Shown in pieces: positions 32,042 through 40,428 of a stretch of DNA of 64,000 nt. Within the stretch, counting starts at the first letter, position 1; each line of letters starts with the position of its first letter. A program made the position numbers and the translations under genes. The notes beneath the pieces were generated by a model. It did no database searches. It was not told the DNA's origin and worked only from the letters and a program-made list of their open reading frames with translations. The DNA lies in the NCBI GenBank assembly GCA_903885665.1, contig CAISJL010000117.1, forward strand, positions 78,607 to 142,606. The letters run 5' to 3'. This DNA is from an uncultured beta proteobacterium (GTDB lineage Bacteria; Pseudomonadota; Gammaproteobacteria; Burkholderiales; SG8-41).

Positions 32042-32748
32042 ATAGAGCCTCTAAACGCCCGCTGGGTCGTGGTATTTTTATTGCCGGCACTGATACGGGT
32101 GTCGGTAAAACCCGCGTAGCTTGCGCAATGTTGCGTGGATTTGCGCAATTGGGTTATCGGGTTGCCGCGATGAAACCCGTTGCCGCAGGGGCGCGGCGAC
32201 GCGCAGAGATCTGGCAGCAGGCAGATGTGCGTGCTTTGTCTGCGGCTAGCAATGTGGAATTGCCGCAAGAGCTGATCAACCCCTATTGTTTTGCACCAGC
32301 AATTGCTCCGCACTTGGCGGCCGCGGCAGTTGGACAGACGATTCGCATCGCGAGGATTCGACGCTGTTATGGCCAAATTGCACGGCGCGCCGATCTGGTG
32401 GTAGTGGAGGGTGTTGGCGGTCTACTAGTGCCTCTAGGCCCCCAGCTCAGTGCTGCTGACTTGCCGCTACAATTGAAGATTCCAGCGATATTGGTGGTGG
32501 GGATGCGCTTGGGTTGTTTGAATCATGCGTTGTTAACTGCAGAGGCAATGCGTGAGCGCGGCATTGTGTTGGCTGGTTGGGTTGCGAACCAAATAGATCC
32601 GAAAATGCGTCATTATCAAGAAAATATTAAAACCCTGAGTGCGCGTATTGCCGCACCCTTATTGGGAGAACTGCAATATTCTGTGAGCTCGAACTTACGC
32701 CAAATGGCGACAAAATTAGACTTTTCTCTTCTGGCGTTGGTTCTTTGA
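32032..32748 (+). CDS. bioD: dethiobiotin synthase
   Basis: 238 aa with the P-loop GTDTGVGKT and VVEGVGG. Overlaps the bioC 3' end. ATG 32038 is an alternative that would give an ATGA overlap. Confidence 0.92.
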   Translation: MAMNRASKRPLGRGIFIAGTDTGVGKTRVACAMLRGFAQLGYRVAAMKPVAAGARRRAEIWQQADVRALSAASNVELPQELINPYCFAPAIAPHLAAAAVGQTIRIARIRRCYGQIARRADLVVVEGVGGLLVPLGPQLSAADLPLQLKIPAILVVGMRLGCLNHALLTAEAMRERGIVLAGWVANQIDPKMRHYQENIKTLSARIAAPLLGELQYSVSSNLRQMATKLDFSLLALVL

Positions 32749-32817
32749 TACCCTTGGTTTTGGGTAAATCCGACTATTTTCATAGGGGATTATATGGGCA
32801 TTGTACAGGTGATTTGG

Positions 32818-32847
32818 TTGCGGCCAAGAGTGGCAATATGCTAGAAT
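32818..32847 (+). promoter_or_regulatory. candidate sigma-70 promoter (TTGCGG, 18-nt spacer, extended -10 TGCTAGAAT)
   Basis: Read directly. -35 at 32818-32823 and TAGAAT at 32842-32847, preceded by TGC. It lies about 340 nt upstream of coxB. Confidence 0.4.
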
Positions 32848-33191
32848 GCGGACGTTATTTTGTTAGCCATTGCCGAGTTGTTATCGGGTGTGCTAGCCAT
32901 AATGGTGTTCTGTTGGGTCTGTATTAAATTGTGAGATCAAAGCGCGATTGGCTAATCGTAGTAGGTTGCAATCTGCTAGCAAGGTAAATGTAGTGGGTAA
33001 GTTAATGGTGATTTTGTTTACTTCACCATTTTAATAACATCATCGATTCATTATGGTCGTTGTCGAGGGCTAAGCGGGTTGGGCAGAGTAAATAGTATTG
33101 GGTATCGCCATCTCTTTTTGTTGTTCGCATGATAAGCGCACAACATGATTAAGCGGCTAGGCGAGCTTAGTTTAGCGTTTTATTGAGTAAT

Positions 33192-34343
33192 ATGAGCGGG
33201 TTAAGAATGAGGAATCTGGGCGTGAACAAATGGATCTTCGCAGTGGCGTCTTTATTATCGTCTGTGGCTGCATGGGCTGAATACAATCTGAATTTACAGA
33301 CCCCGCATACCTTGTTAGGTCAAAAAATCTATGATTTGCACACCATAGTAACGATAATTTGCGTGATTATCTTTGTCGGTGTGTTTGGTTTTATGTTTTA
33401 TGCCGTTTTTCATCATCGCAAGTCGGTGGGACATAAAGCAGCCCAGTTTCATGAAAATACCGCAGTTGAGGTGGCATGGACATTGATTCCATTTGTCATT
33501 TTGATTGCTTTGGCGATTCCCGCGACCGGCACTTTGATCACTATGCGTGATACCACAGAAGCCGATATCACGATTAAGGCCACAGGCTATCAGTGGAAAT
33601 GGGGCTACGATTACTTAAAAGGTGAGGGCGCTAGCATTAGCTTTTATAGCACATTGTCTACGCCTCGTGCGCAAATTGACGGCGACGATGTGGCTGGACG
33701 CCAAGCTAATCCTCACTACTTGTTAGAAACAGACAACAATGTAGTCGTTCCAGTCGGTAAAAAAATTAGAATCCTGACCACTGCGGCTGATGTGATTCAC
33801 GCTTGGTATGTGCCTGCATTATCGGTCAAGCAAGATGCGGTGCCTGGCTTTATTCGTGACACCTGGTTCAAGGCAGAACAGCCTGGCATTTATCGCGGAC
33901 AGTGTGCTGAGTTATGTGGTAAGCAACACGGATTTATGCCGATTGTGGTTGAGGTCATGACTGCGGAAAAATACACAGCTTGGGTTGCTTCACAGCAAAC
34001 TAAAGCGGTTGCCGCAAAAGTGGATCCAGACAAAAATTGGACTCTTGCTGAATTAAAAACGCAAGGTGAGAAAGTATTTGGACAGAATTGTGCTGCTTGT
34101 CATCAGGCTACTGGAATGGGCGTGCCTGGCGCATTCCCAGCTCTGTCTGGTTCGAAAGTGGTAAATGGGCCGCAGCAAGATCAAATTAAGTTGTTACTGA
34201 ATGGCAAACAAGGCACAGCGATGAATTCATTTAAACATTTGTCGGATGTTGAGTTGGCCTCTGTGATTACTTATACCCGTAACAGCTGGTCCAACCATAC
34301 TGGCGAGGCTATTTCGTCAGCTTCAATTAAAGCGCAGCGCTAG
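33192..34343 (+). CDS. coxB: cytochrome c oxidase subunit II with fused C-terminal cytochrome c domain
   Basis: CuA site HAWYVP...CAELCGKQHGFM and C-terminal heme-binding CAACH. The start is uncertain: TTG 33183, ATG 33192, ATG 33207, or GTG 33222 preceded by AGGAA. Confidence 0.95.
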   Translation: MSGLRMRNLGVNKWIFAVASLLSSVAAWAEYNLNLQTPHTLLGQKIYDLHTIVTIICVIIFVGVFGFMFYAVFHHRKSVGHKAAQFHENTAVEVAWTLIPFVILIALAIPATGTLITMRDTTEADITIKATGYQWKWGYDYLKGEGASISFYSTLSTPRAQIDGDDVAGRQANPHYLLETDNNVVVPVGKKIRILTTAADVIHAWYVPALSVKQDAVPGFIRDTWFKAEQPGIYRGQCAELCGKQHGFMPIVVEVMTAEKYTAWVASQQTKAVAAKVDPDKNWTLAELKTQGEKVFGQNCAACHQATGMGVPGAFPALSGSKVVNGPQQDQIKLLLNGKQGTAMNSFKHLSDVELASVITYTRNSWSNHTGEAISSASIKAQR

Positions 34344-34405
34344 TTTAAGGCTGTATTTAGAATTTAGTCATTAGTTAGCAAACCTCAAGGCTTCAGGAGA
34401 CCCGA

Positions 34406-36010
34406 ATGGAAGCAGTTAATACACACGCCGATCACGGACATCACGATCGTGGTCATGATGACCATGATCATAAGCCAACAGGTCTTAAAAGGTGGTTGAT
34501 GTCCACCAATCATAAGGACATCGGGACGATGTATCTGTGGTTTAGTTTCTTTATGTTTATTGTTGGCGGCATTATGGCGCTGGTCATTCGCTCCGAGTTA
34601 TTTCAGCCAGGTTTGCAAATTGTTAAACCAGAGTTTTTTAACTCGATGACCACGTATCACGGTTTAATAATGGTGTTTGGCGCGATTATGCCGGCATTTG
34701 TTGGGTTTGCGAACTGGTTGATACCCATGCAAATCGGCGCTGCCGATATGGCATTCCCACGAATGAACAATTTGTCATTCTGGCTCCTGCCGCCTGCCGC
34801 ATTTCTGTTAATTGGCGCGCAATTTGCGCCTGGCGGTGGCGCAGGCGTGGGTTGGACTTTGTATGCGCCGTTGTCGACTCAAGCTGGCCCTGCAATGGAC
34901 TTGACGATTTTTGCAATCCATATTTTAGGAATGTCGTCGATTATGGGGTCGATTAATATCATTACTACGCTGTTGAACATGCGTGCCCCCGGTATGGCTT
35001 TGATGAAGATGCCGATGTTTTGTTGGACTTGGTTGATTACGGCATACTTGTTGGTTGCAGTAATGCCGGTTTTAGCTGGTGCAGTGACCATGACTCTGAC
35101 TGATCGTCACTTTGGCACACACTTTTTCAATGCTGCTGGTGGTGGTGATCCAGTGTTGTATCAGCACATATTCTGGTTCTTTGGTCATCCTGAAGTTTAT
35201 ATCATTGCGATTCCAGCATTTGGTGTGGTCTCGCAAGTAATTCCAGCTTTTTCCCGCAAGCCTTTATTTGGTTATGCATCAATGGTGTATGCCACCGCAT
35301 CAATAGCCATTCTGTCGTTTATGGTGTGGGCGCATCATATGTATACTGCTGGTATGCCTGTGCAAGCGCAGCTCTACTTTATGTATGCTACGGTGCTCAT
35401 CGCGGTTCCGACAGGTGTGAAAGTGTTCAACTGGGTAGCAACGATGTGGCGCGGCTCCTTGACTTTCGAGACCCCAATGTTATTTGCTATAGGTTTCTTA
35501 TTCTTGTTTACCTTAGGTGGTTTTACTGGATTGGTGTTGTCGATTACCCCTGTTGATGTGCAGTTGCATGATACCTATTATGTGGTTGCCCATTTTCATT
35601 ATGTAATGGTTGCTGGTGCGTTATTTTCAGCTTTCGCTGGAATTTATTTTTGGTTGCCTAAGTGGACTGGTCGCATGTATGACGAGAAGTTAGGCCGTAT
35701 TCACTTTTGGCTCTCCTTGGTGTTCTTTAATCTGACCTTCTTTGTTCAGCATTTCTTGGGTTTAGCCGGTATGCCACGGCGTATTCCAGACTACGCGCTA
35801 CAGTTTGCTGAATTCAATGCCATTTCAAGTGTCGGAGCATTTGGTTTTGGTTTCAGTCAGTTGCTGTTTCTCTACATTGTTATTAAGACGATTACCAGTG
35901 GTGAGAAAGCACCTGATCGTCCATGGGAAGGTGCTGACAGCTTAGAGTGGACGCATTTACCGAGTCCCGCGCCATTCCATAGTTTTGTTGAACCACCGGT
36001 GATTAAGTAA
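34406..36010 (+). CDS. ctaD: cytochrome c oxidase subunit I
   Basis: 534 aa, 12 TM segments, with WFFGHPEVYI, WAHHMYT and HFHYVM. Confidence 0.98.
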   Translation: MEAVNTHADHGHHDRGHDDHDHKPTGLKRWLMSTNHKDIGTMYLWFSFFMFIVGGIMALVIRSELFQPGLQIVKPEFFNSMTTYHGLIMVFGAIMPAFVGFANWLIPMQIGAADMAFPRMNNLSFWLLPPAAFLLIGAQFAPGGGAGVGWTLYAPLSTQAGPAMDLTIFAIHILGMSSIMGSINIITTLLNMRAPGMALMKMPMFCWTWLITAYLLVAVMPVLAGAVTMTLTDRHFGTHFFNAAGGGDPVLYQHIFWFFGHPEVYIIAIPAFGVVSQVIPAFSRKPLFGYASMVYATASIAILSFMVWAHHMYTAGMPVQAQLYFMYATVLIAVPTGVKVFNWVATMWRGSLTFETPMLFAIGFLFLFTLGGFTGLVLSITPVDVQLHDTYYVVAHFHYVMVAGALFSAFAGIYFWLPKWTGRMYDEKLGRIHFWLSLVFFNLTFFVQHFLGLAGMPRRIPDYALQFAEFNAISSVGAFGFGFSQLLFLYIVIKTITSGEKAPDRPWEGADSLEWTHLPSPAPFHSFVEPPVIK

Positions 36011-36013
36011 ACA

Positions 36014-36127
36014 ATGACTGATCCAGCAGTAAAGGCAGGTGTTAGGCGGACTGCAATTTTGTTGTGGTTGGTGGTGAGTGTGTTTTTCTTTGGAGTCATG
36101 CTGAAGTATTATTGGTTGGCGCAATGA
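36014..36127 (+). CDS. 37-aa single-TM micro-protein (cytochrome oxidase small assembly protein-like)
   Basis: Not in the ORF track (<60 aa). My translation is MTDPAVKAGVRRTAILLWLVVSVFFFGVMLKYYWLAQ*. It starts 4 nt after the ctaD stop and its TGA overlaps the ctaG ATG (ATGA). Confidence 0.6.
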   Translation: MTDPAVKAGVRRTAILLWLVVSVFFFGVMLKYYWLAQ

Positions 36128-36681
36128 TCAACAAGCGCGCTAACAATCGCATGATGACGCGCTTGTCGATATTTGCTGCAGGAATGTTTGGTTTTGGTTT
36201 TTTGTTAGTGCCTTTTTACGAAAAGATTTGCGAGGTCACCGGGGTTAATAACTTAATTAAGCCAGCAGTTGCGGTCGTGAATACGCAAGTGGATGTTTCG
36301 CGTTGGGTTAGTATGGAGTTCGATGCAAATGCCCATGGTTTAAATTGGGAGTTTAAACCTGTTCAGCGCACCATGAAGGTTCATCCTGGTGAGATGGTGC
36401 AAGTAGAGTATGACGTTACCAATAAAGGTGACCGGGCGACAGTGGGACAGGCGATACCGAGTTATGGGCCCAATCATGCCGGACCATTTGTTCGCAAGCT
36501 CGAATGTTTCTGTTTTAAGCAGCAGCTGCTGCAGGCGGGTGAGACAAAGCGTATGCCGGTGCAGTTTGTTTTAGATGGTGGTTTGCCGGCAGATTTGAAT
36601 ACAATTACGCTCTCTTATACGTTTTTTGAAGTGCAAGGGGCATCGTTAAAGCCCACTAAAGCTGATGGCGTAAATAGTTGA
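36124..36681 (+). CDS. ctaG: cytochrome c oxidase assembly protein CtaG/Cox11
   Basis: N-terminal TM plus the Cox11 copper motif ECFCFKQQ. ATG 36124 chosen; the track start at 36064 overlaps the micro-ORF. Confidence 0.92.
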   Translation: MINKRANNRMMTRLSIFAAGMFGFGFLLVPFYEKICEVTGVNNLIKPAVAVVNTQVDVSRWVSMEFDANAHGLNWEFKPVQRTMKVHPGEMVQVEYDVTNKGDRATVGQAIPSYGPNHAGPFVRKLECFCFKQQLLQAGETKRMPVQFVLDGGLPADLNTITLSYTFFEVQGASLKPTKADGVNS

Positions 36682-36875
36682 TTGATCCGATCAAGCAAAA
36701 GGCGAGCTTATTGCAAGTGGTGCGGATGGTGCTCTCAGCTTTTTTGGGGATTCGGAAGCGCGCTGATCATGATCAGCTGGAAGTTGCGCCTTGGCAAGTT
36801 ATTGTGATTGCCATTATTGCAGGTTTGAGTTTTGTATTGGCGGTAGTGTCTATCGTCCGCTTAGTGCTGCGATAG
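36678..36875 (+). CDS. DUF2970-like small membrane protein
   Basis: 65 aa from a TTG start that overlaps the ctaG stop. LQVVRMVLSAFLGIRKRADHDQ followed by one C-terminal TM helix. Confidence 0.7.
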   Translation: MIDPIKQKASLLQVVRMVLSAFLGIRKRADHDQLEVAPWQVIVIAIIAGLSFVLAVVSIVRLVLR

Positions 36876-36939
36876 CCGCATACACAAGAGCAGTGAAGCT
36901 TAGATTAATATTAGGTTAGGTATTAGGGAGAATTAGATT

Positions 36940-37794
36940 ATGTCGAATCAGTCCGCCGGCGGTTATTACTTGCCACAACCCTCACATTGGCCAATCGTGG
37001 CTTCAATTGCCTTGGGATTCTTGGGCTTTGGGGCTTCGTTCTCCGTGAATAGCATGGGTTTGGGTTATGTCTTGCTGGGTATTGGGTTCATGATTTTGTT
37101 TTTTATGTTTGCCGGTTGGTTTACCGCGGTTGCGCATGAGTCTGAGGGGGGAAATTATAACAAGCAGGTTGATGCATCATTCCGCTGGGGTATGGGTTGG
37201 TTTATCTTTTCAGAAGTGATGTTTTTTGCAGTCTTTTTTGGTGTGCTATTTTATATGCGCACTATTTCAATTCCTGATTTAGGTTCGTTAGAACATCAGC
37301 AATTGCTCTGGCCCGGTTTTAAAGCAGATTGGCCAGTGGCTGGTCCTGGAATCAAAGATACCTTCTCACCGATGGCGGCTTGGGGCATTCCTGCGCTTAA
37401 TACGGCTTTGTTGCTGACCTCGGGTGTGACCCTGACTTGGGCACACTGGGCTTTACTTAAAAACAACCGGATGCAGTTGATTTGGGGCTTAGCGCTGACT
37501 ATTGCGCTGGGGATGATCTTCCTGGGCTTCCAAGTCTATGAATACTCTCATGCAATGTCCGAGATGAATTTGAAGTTAAGCATGGGCGCTTACGGGGCAA
37601 CATTTTATATGCTCACAGGATTCCATGGTTTCCACGTGACAGTTGGTACAATTATGTTGTGGGTTATTTTATTTCGTAGCGTTGCAGGACATTTTAACGA
37701 GCATTCGCACTTTGGCTTTGAAGGTGTTGCTTGGTATTGGCACTTTGTAGATGTGGTATGGTTGTTCTTGTTTGTGGTCGTCTACTGGCTATAG
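36940..37794 (+). CDS. coxC: cytochrome c oxidase subunit III
   Basis: 284 aa, 7 TM segments, with FYMLTGFHGFHV and WYWHFVDVVW. Confidence 0.96.
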   Translation: MSNQSAGGYYLPQPSHWPIVASIALGFLGFGASFSVNSMGLGYVLLGIGFMILFFMFAGWFTAVAHESEGGNYNKQVDASFRWGMGWFIFSEVMFFAVFFGVLFYMRTISIPDLGSLEHQQLLWPGFKADWPVAGPGIKDTFSPMAAWGIPALNTALLLTSGVTLTWAHWALLKNNRMQLIWGLALTIALGMIFLGFQVYEYSHAMSEMNLKLSMGAYGATFYMLTGFHGFHVTVGTIMLWVILFRSVAGHFNEHSHFGFEGVAWYWHFVDVVWLFLFVVVYWL

Positions 37795-37831
37795 AGTGTT
37801 ACTCGGCGCTGTGATTAAAGACAGCAGATGT

Positions 37832-37859
37832 AAAAAAGCCGCTCAATAGCGGTTTTTTT
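37832..37859. terminator. bidirectional rho-independent terminator
   Basis: AAAAAAGCCGCTCAATAGCGGTTTTTTT: a GC stem flanked by an A-run and a T-run. It lies between convergent coxC (+) and the DUF2909 gene (-). Confidence 0.8.
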
Positions 37860-37896
37860 ATCTTATCCAAAGTGTGTTGTTAGCGGTGCGCTAACT

Positions 37897-38106
37897 TTAG
37901 AGCCGAGTAGTGATCCACCCGTTGTGGAAGCTAATGGTAAGAGTGAGAAACAACACAATTGAAATAATGACGCGTAGCGTTAAAGCTTTCACAGTCCGAG
38001 TAGAATTGCCACGATCTCTAATCATGAAAAAGAGGGCTGAGCCTAGGCTTGCTAGGATTGTGACAATGAATAGTATGACAAGTAGACGCATAAGCATAAT
38101 AGCCAT
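37897..38106 (-). CDS. twin-transmembrane-helix small protein (DUF2909-like)
   Basis: 69 aa with two hydrophobic helices joined by RDRGNSTRTVKA. It is the only minus-strand gene inside the cox cluster. Confidence 0.7.
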   Translation of the reverse strand: MAIMLMRLLVILFIVTILASLGSALFFMIRDRGNSTRTVKALTLRVIISIVLFLTLTISFHNGWITTRL

Positions 38107-38117
38107 AGTTTAACTGA

Positions 38118-38858
38118 TTGGGGAAGCAGATGGCAGTCTTCGTTTGGAGGCGCTACCAGATTGATTTGCATTGGGGTATGCTGCTTGTCACAAGCGCAGG
38201 TGTCATATTGACGCTTGCACTAGGTCATTGGCAAATTGGACGCGCTCAATATAAAGAACGTATGCAGCAACAATATGATCGTTTAGGTGCGCAGCCGCCA
38301 GTTCAGATTGGCGCGACTGTAGTTGAGCGTGCTGATGTATTGATGCGTCGCGTTGAAGTTCGTGGTGAGTTTGCACCACAATTTACTGTGTATATTGATA
38401 ATCGGATGCATGCGCATAGCCCTGGTTACCATGTGGTCACGCCGATGAGGCTGTCCGGTAGCGAGCGTTATGTCATGGTGAATCGTGGCTGGATTGCTAG
38501 TCCGCCAGATCGCAATGTGCCATCAGTAGCTACGCCAGAAGGCGAGCAAACGGTTATTGGAACGGCAGTAGACTATAGTTTGAATTATGTAGAGTTGTCG
38601 CCACAGGTCACGCAAGGCCAAGTGTGGCAAAATCTAGTCTTGGCGCGGTATCAGCAATTTAGCGGATTGGATCTGCAGCCAGTTGTGATACAACAGGATG
38701 ACTCGGTTGCTGATGGTTTGGTGCGCCAATGGAGTCGACCTGATTTAGGCCGAAACACCCATTTAGCTTATGCGTTTCAATGGTATGCCCTGAGTTTGGC
38801 TATTTTCATCTATTATGTGGTTACCCATGTTCAAAGACGCCCGCATGTTTCGCCGTAA
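38118..38858 (+). CDS. SURF1 family cytochrome oxidase assembly protein
   Basis: 246 aa with N- and C-terminal TM helices, VMVNRGW and HLAYAFQWYALS. ATG 38130 is an alternative start. Confidence 0.9.
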   Translation: MGKQMAVFVWRRYQIDLHWGMLLVTSAGVILTLALGHWQIGRAQYKERMQQQYDRLGAQPPVQIGATVVERADVLMRRVEVRGEFAPQFTVYIDNRMHAHSPGYHVVTPMRLSGSERYVMVNRGWIASPPDRNVPSVATPEGEQTVIGTAVDYSLNYVELSPQVTQGQVWQNLVLARYQQFSGLDLQPVVIQQDDSVADGLVRQWSRPDLGRNTHLAYAFQWYALSLAIFIYYVVTHVQRRPHVSP

Positions 38859-39402
38859 TCCGCTATTGTGGATCGCAATTGTTTGCTTTGCGCCATTTGT
38901 TGCGTCATTTATGGCCTATTATTTTTTGCAACCAAGCAGTCGAGTCAATTACGGTGATTTGATTGATGTGCAAAACCTGCCCTCAGTTACCTTACAACAG
39001 ATTGATGGTCAGGCCTTTCAGTTTAATGCCTTGCAGGGTAAGTGGTGGTATTTCACTATTGACGATGCAGATTGCAATCAATATTGCGAGCAGAAGTTAT
39101 GGCAGATTCGCCAAGTGCGAAAGACGCAAGGTAAGCATCCTGAGCGTATCGAGCGTGTGTGGTTAATCACTGGGAAAGGACAGCCAGGTGAGCATTTACA
39201 AAAAGAATATGGGGGCACCGCATTTGTATTACTGAATGACTTATCTATTGTGAGTCGTCTACCGTACACGCAATCGTTGAATGATCATATTTTCTTGGTA
39301 GATCCGCTCGGTAACGTAGTGCTACGTTATCCCAAAAATGCCGATTCAACGCGTATGCGCAAAGACTTAGAGCGCTTGTTAAAAGTTTCACGAATTGGTT
39401 AA
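38815..39402 (+). CDS. membrane-anchored thioredoxin-fold protein with CxxxC and DH motifs (divergent SCO-like)
   Basis: 195 aa; starts at ATG 38827 or 38845 are also possible. One N-terminal TM, GKWWYFTIDDADCNQYCE and NDHIFLVDPLGNVVLRY. These parallel the KKAVVVFFGYTHCPDVCP and DHTAGTYIFDPQGRIRLF blocks of the SCO protein at 41337. Confidence 0.6.
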   Translation: MWLPMFKDARMFRRNPLLWIAIVCFAPFVASFMAYYFLQPSSRVNYGDLIDVQNLPSVTLQQIDGQAFQFNALQGKWWYFTIDDADCNQYCEQKLWQIRQVRKTQGKHPERIERVWLITGKGQPGEHLQKEYGGTAFVLLNDLSIVSRLPYTQSLNDHIFLVDPLGNVVLRYPKNADSTRMRKDLERLLKVSRIG

Positions 39403-39435
39403 TCAGCAAAATATCTTTAGGATTGAGCCACAATC

Positions 39436-40428
39436 ATGAGATCAGTATATAAAACCTTAATCTGGATGACCCTAGCATATGCTTGTGTAGTGGTGGTGGT
39501 GGGTGCTTATGTTCGACTCAGCGATGCCGGTTTGGGGTGCCCTGATTGGCCAGGGTGCTATGGCGCGGTGTCGCCCGAACATGCACAAGAAGATATTGCA
39601 CGTGCTGTCGAAGCGCAAGGTGGAACCCATGGCCCTGTGTCATTGGCTAAAGCCTGGAAGGAAATGTTTCATCGCTATATCGCTGGGGGTCTGGGTATAT
39701 TGATTTTGACGATTAATGTGATGGCTTGGCGCTGGCAACGCTCATTAGGGCAGTCACCGTGGCTGGCTACAACATTGCTTGGCGTATTAATGCTACAAGC
39801 GGCACTTGGGATGTGGACCGTGACTTTATTGTTAAAGCCAGCGGTAGTGACCTTGCATTTAATGGGGGGTATGACGACTTTGGCATTGTTGTTTGCACTG
39901 GGTCTGCGGCAGTCGCAAGCACCTAGGCTATCCTCGGACTGCTTACGGTTACGGCCGTGGGCAATAACGGTATTACTGATGGTGATTTTGCAGATTGTGT
40001 TAGGTGGATGGGTTTCGAGTAATTATGCAGCCCTAGCTTGTGTGGATTTCCCAACTTGTCATGGCCAATGGTGGCCCGAGATGGAATTTAGGCAAGGTTT
40101 TCATTGGGTGCGTGAACTTGGCCTCACCGCCACAGGTGAATACTTGAGTCATGCCGCCTTAACCGCGATTCATTGGGCGCATCGACTGGGGGCGGCGGCA
40201 GTCTTTGTAGCAGTTTTGAGTTTGGCATTGGCATTAGTTCGGTTTGGCGCGCGCGCTTATGGCTTCATCTTAGTCGGTATTTTGCTGCTGCAGGTGAGCT
40301 TGGGGATTGCTAGTGTTCTAGGGAGCCTGCCGTTATTTGTGGCTGTTGCTCATAATGCTGGTGCGGCAGGGTTACTGTTGGCCATGGTAATGATAAACTG
40401 GGCACTTTATCCAAGGCGTATGTTCTGA
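39436..40428 (+). CDS. ctaA: heme A synthase (COX15/CtaA)
   Basis: 330 aa, 8 TM segments, with [32 protein letters not shown] and HNAGA. Confidence 0.92.
   Translation: MRSVYKTLIWMTLAYACVVVVVGAYVRLSDAGLGCPDWPGCYGAVSPEHAQEDIARAVEAQGGTHGPVSLAKAWKEMFHRYIAGGLGILILTINVMAWRWQRSLGQSPWLATTLLGVLMLQAALGMWTVTLLLKPAVVTLHLMGGMTTLALLFALGLRQSQAPRLSSDCLRLRPWAITVLLMVILQIVLGGWVSSNYAALACVDFPTCHGQWWPEMEFRQGFHWVRELGLTATGEYLSHAALTAIHWAHRLGAAAVFVAVLSLALALVRFGARAYGFILVGILLLQVSLGIASVLGSLPLFVAVAHNAGAAGLLLAMVMINWALYPRRMF

Noticed and set aside
32745-32927. 60-aa ORF (TTG start) after bioD
   Set aside because: It uses a weak start overlapping the bioD stop and has no SD, no hydrophobic or other recognisable pattern. 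It also spans the candidate promoter at 32818-32847. I judge it non-coding.
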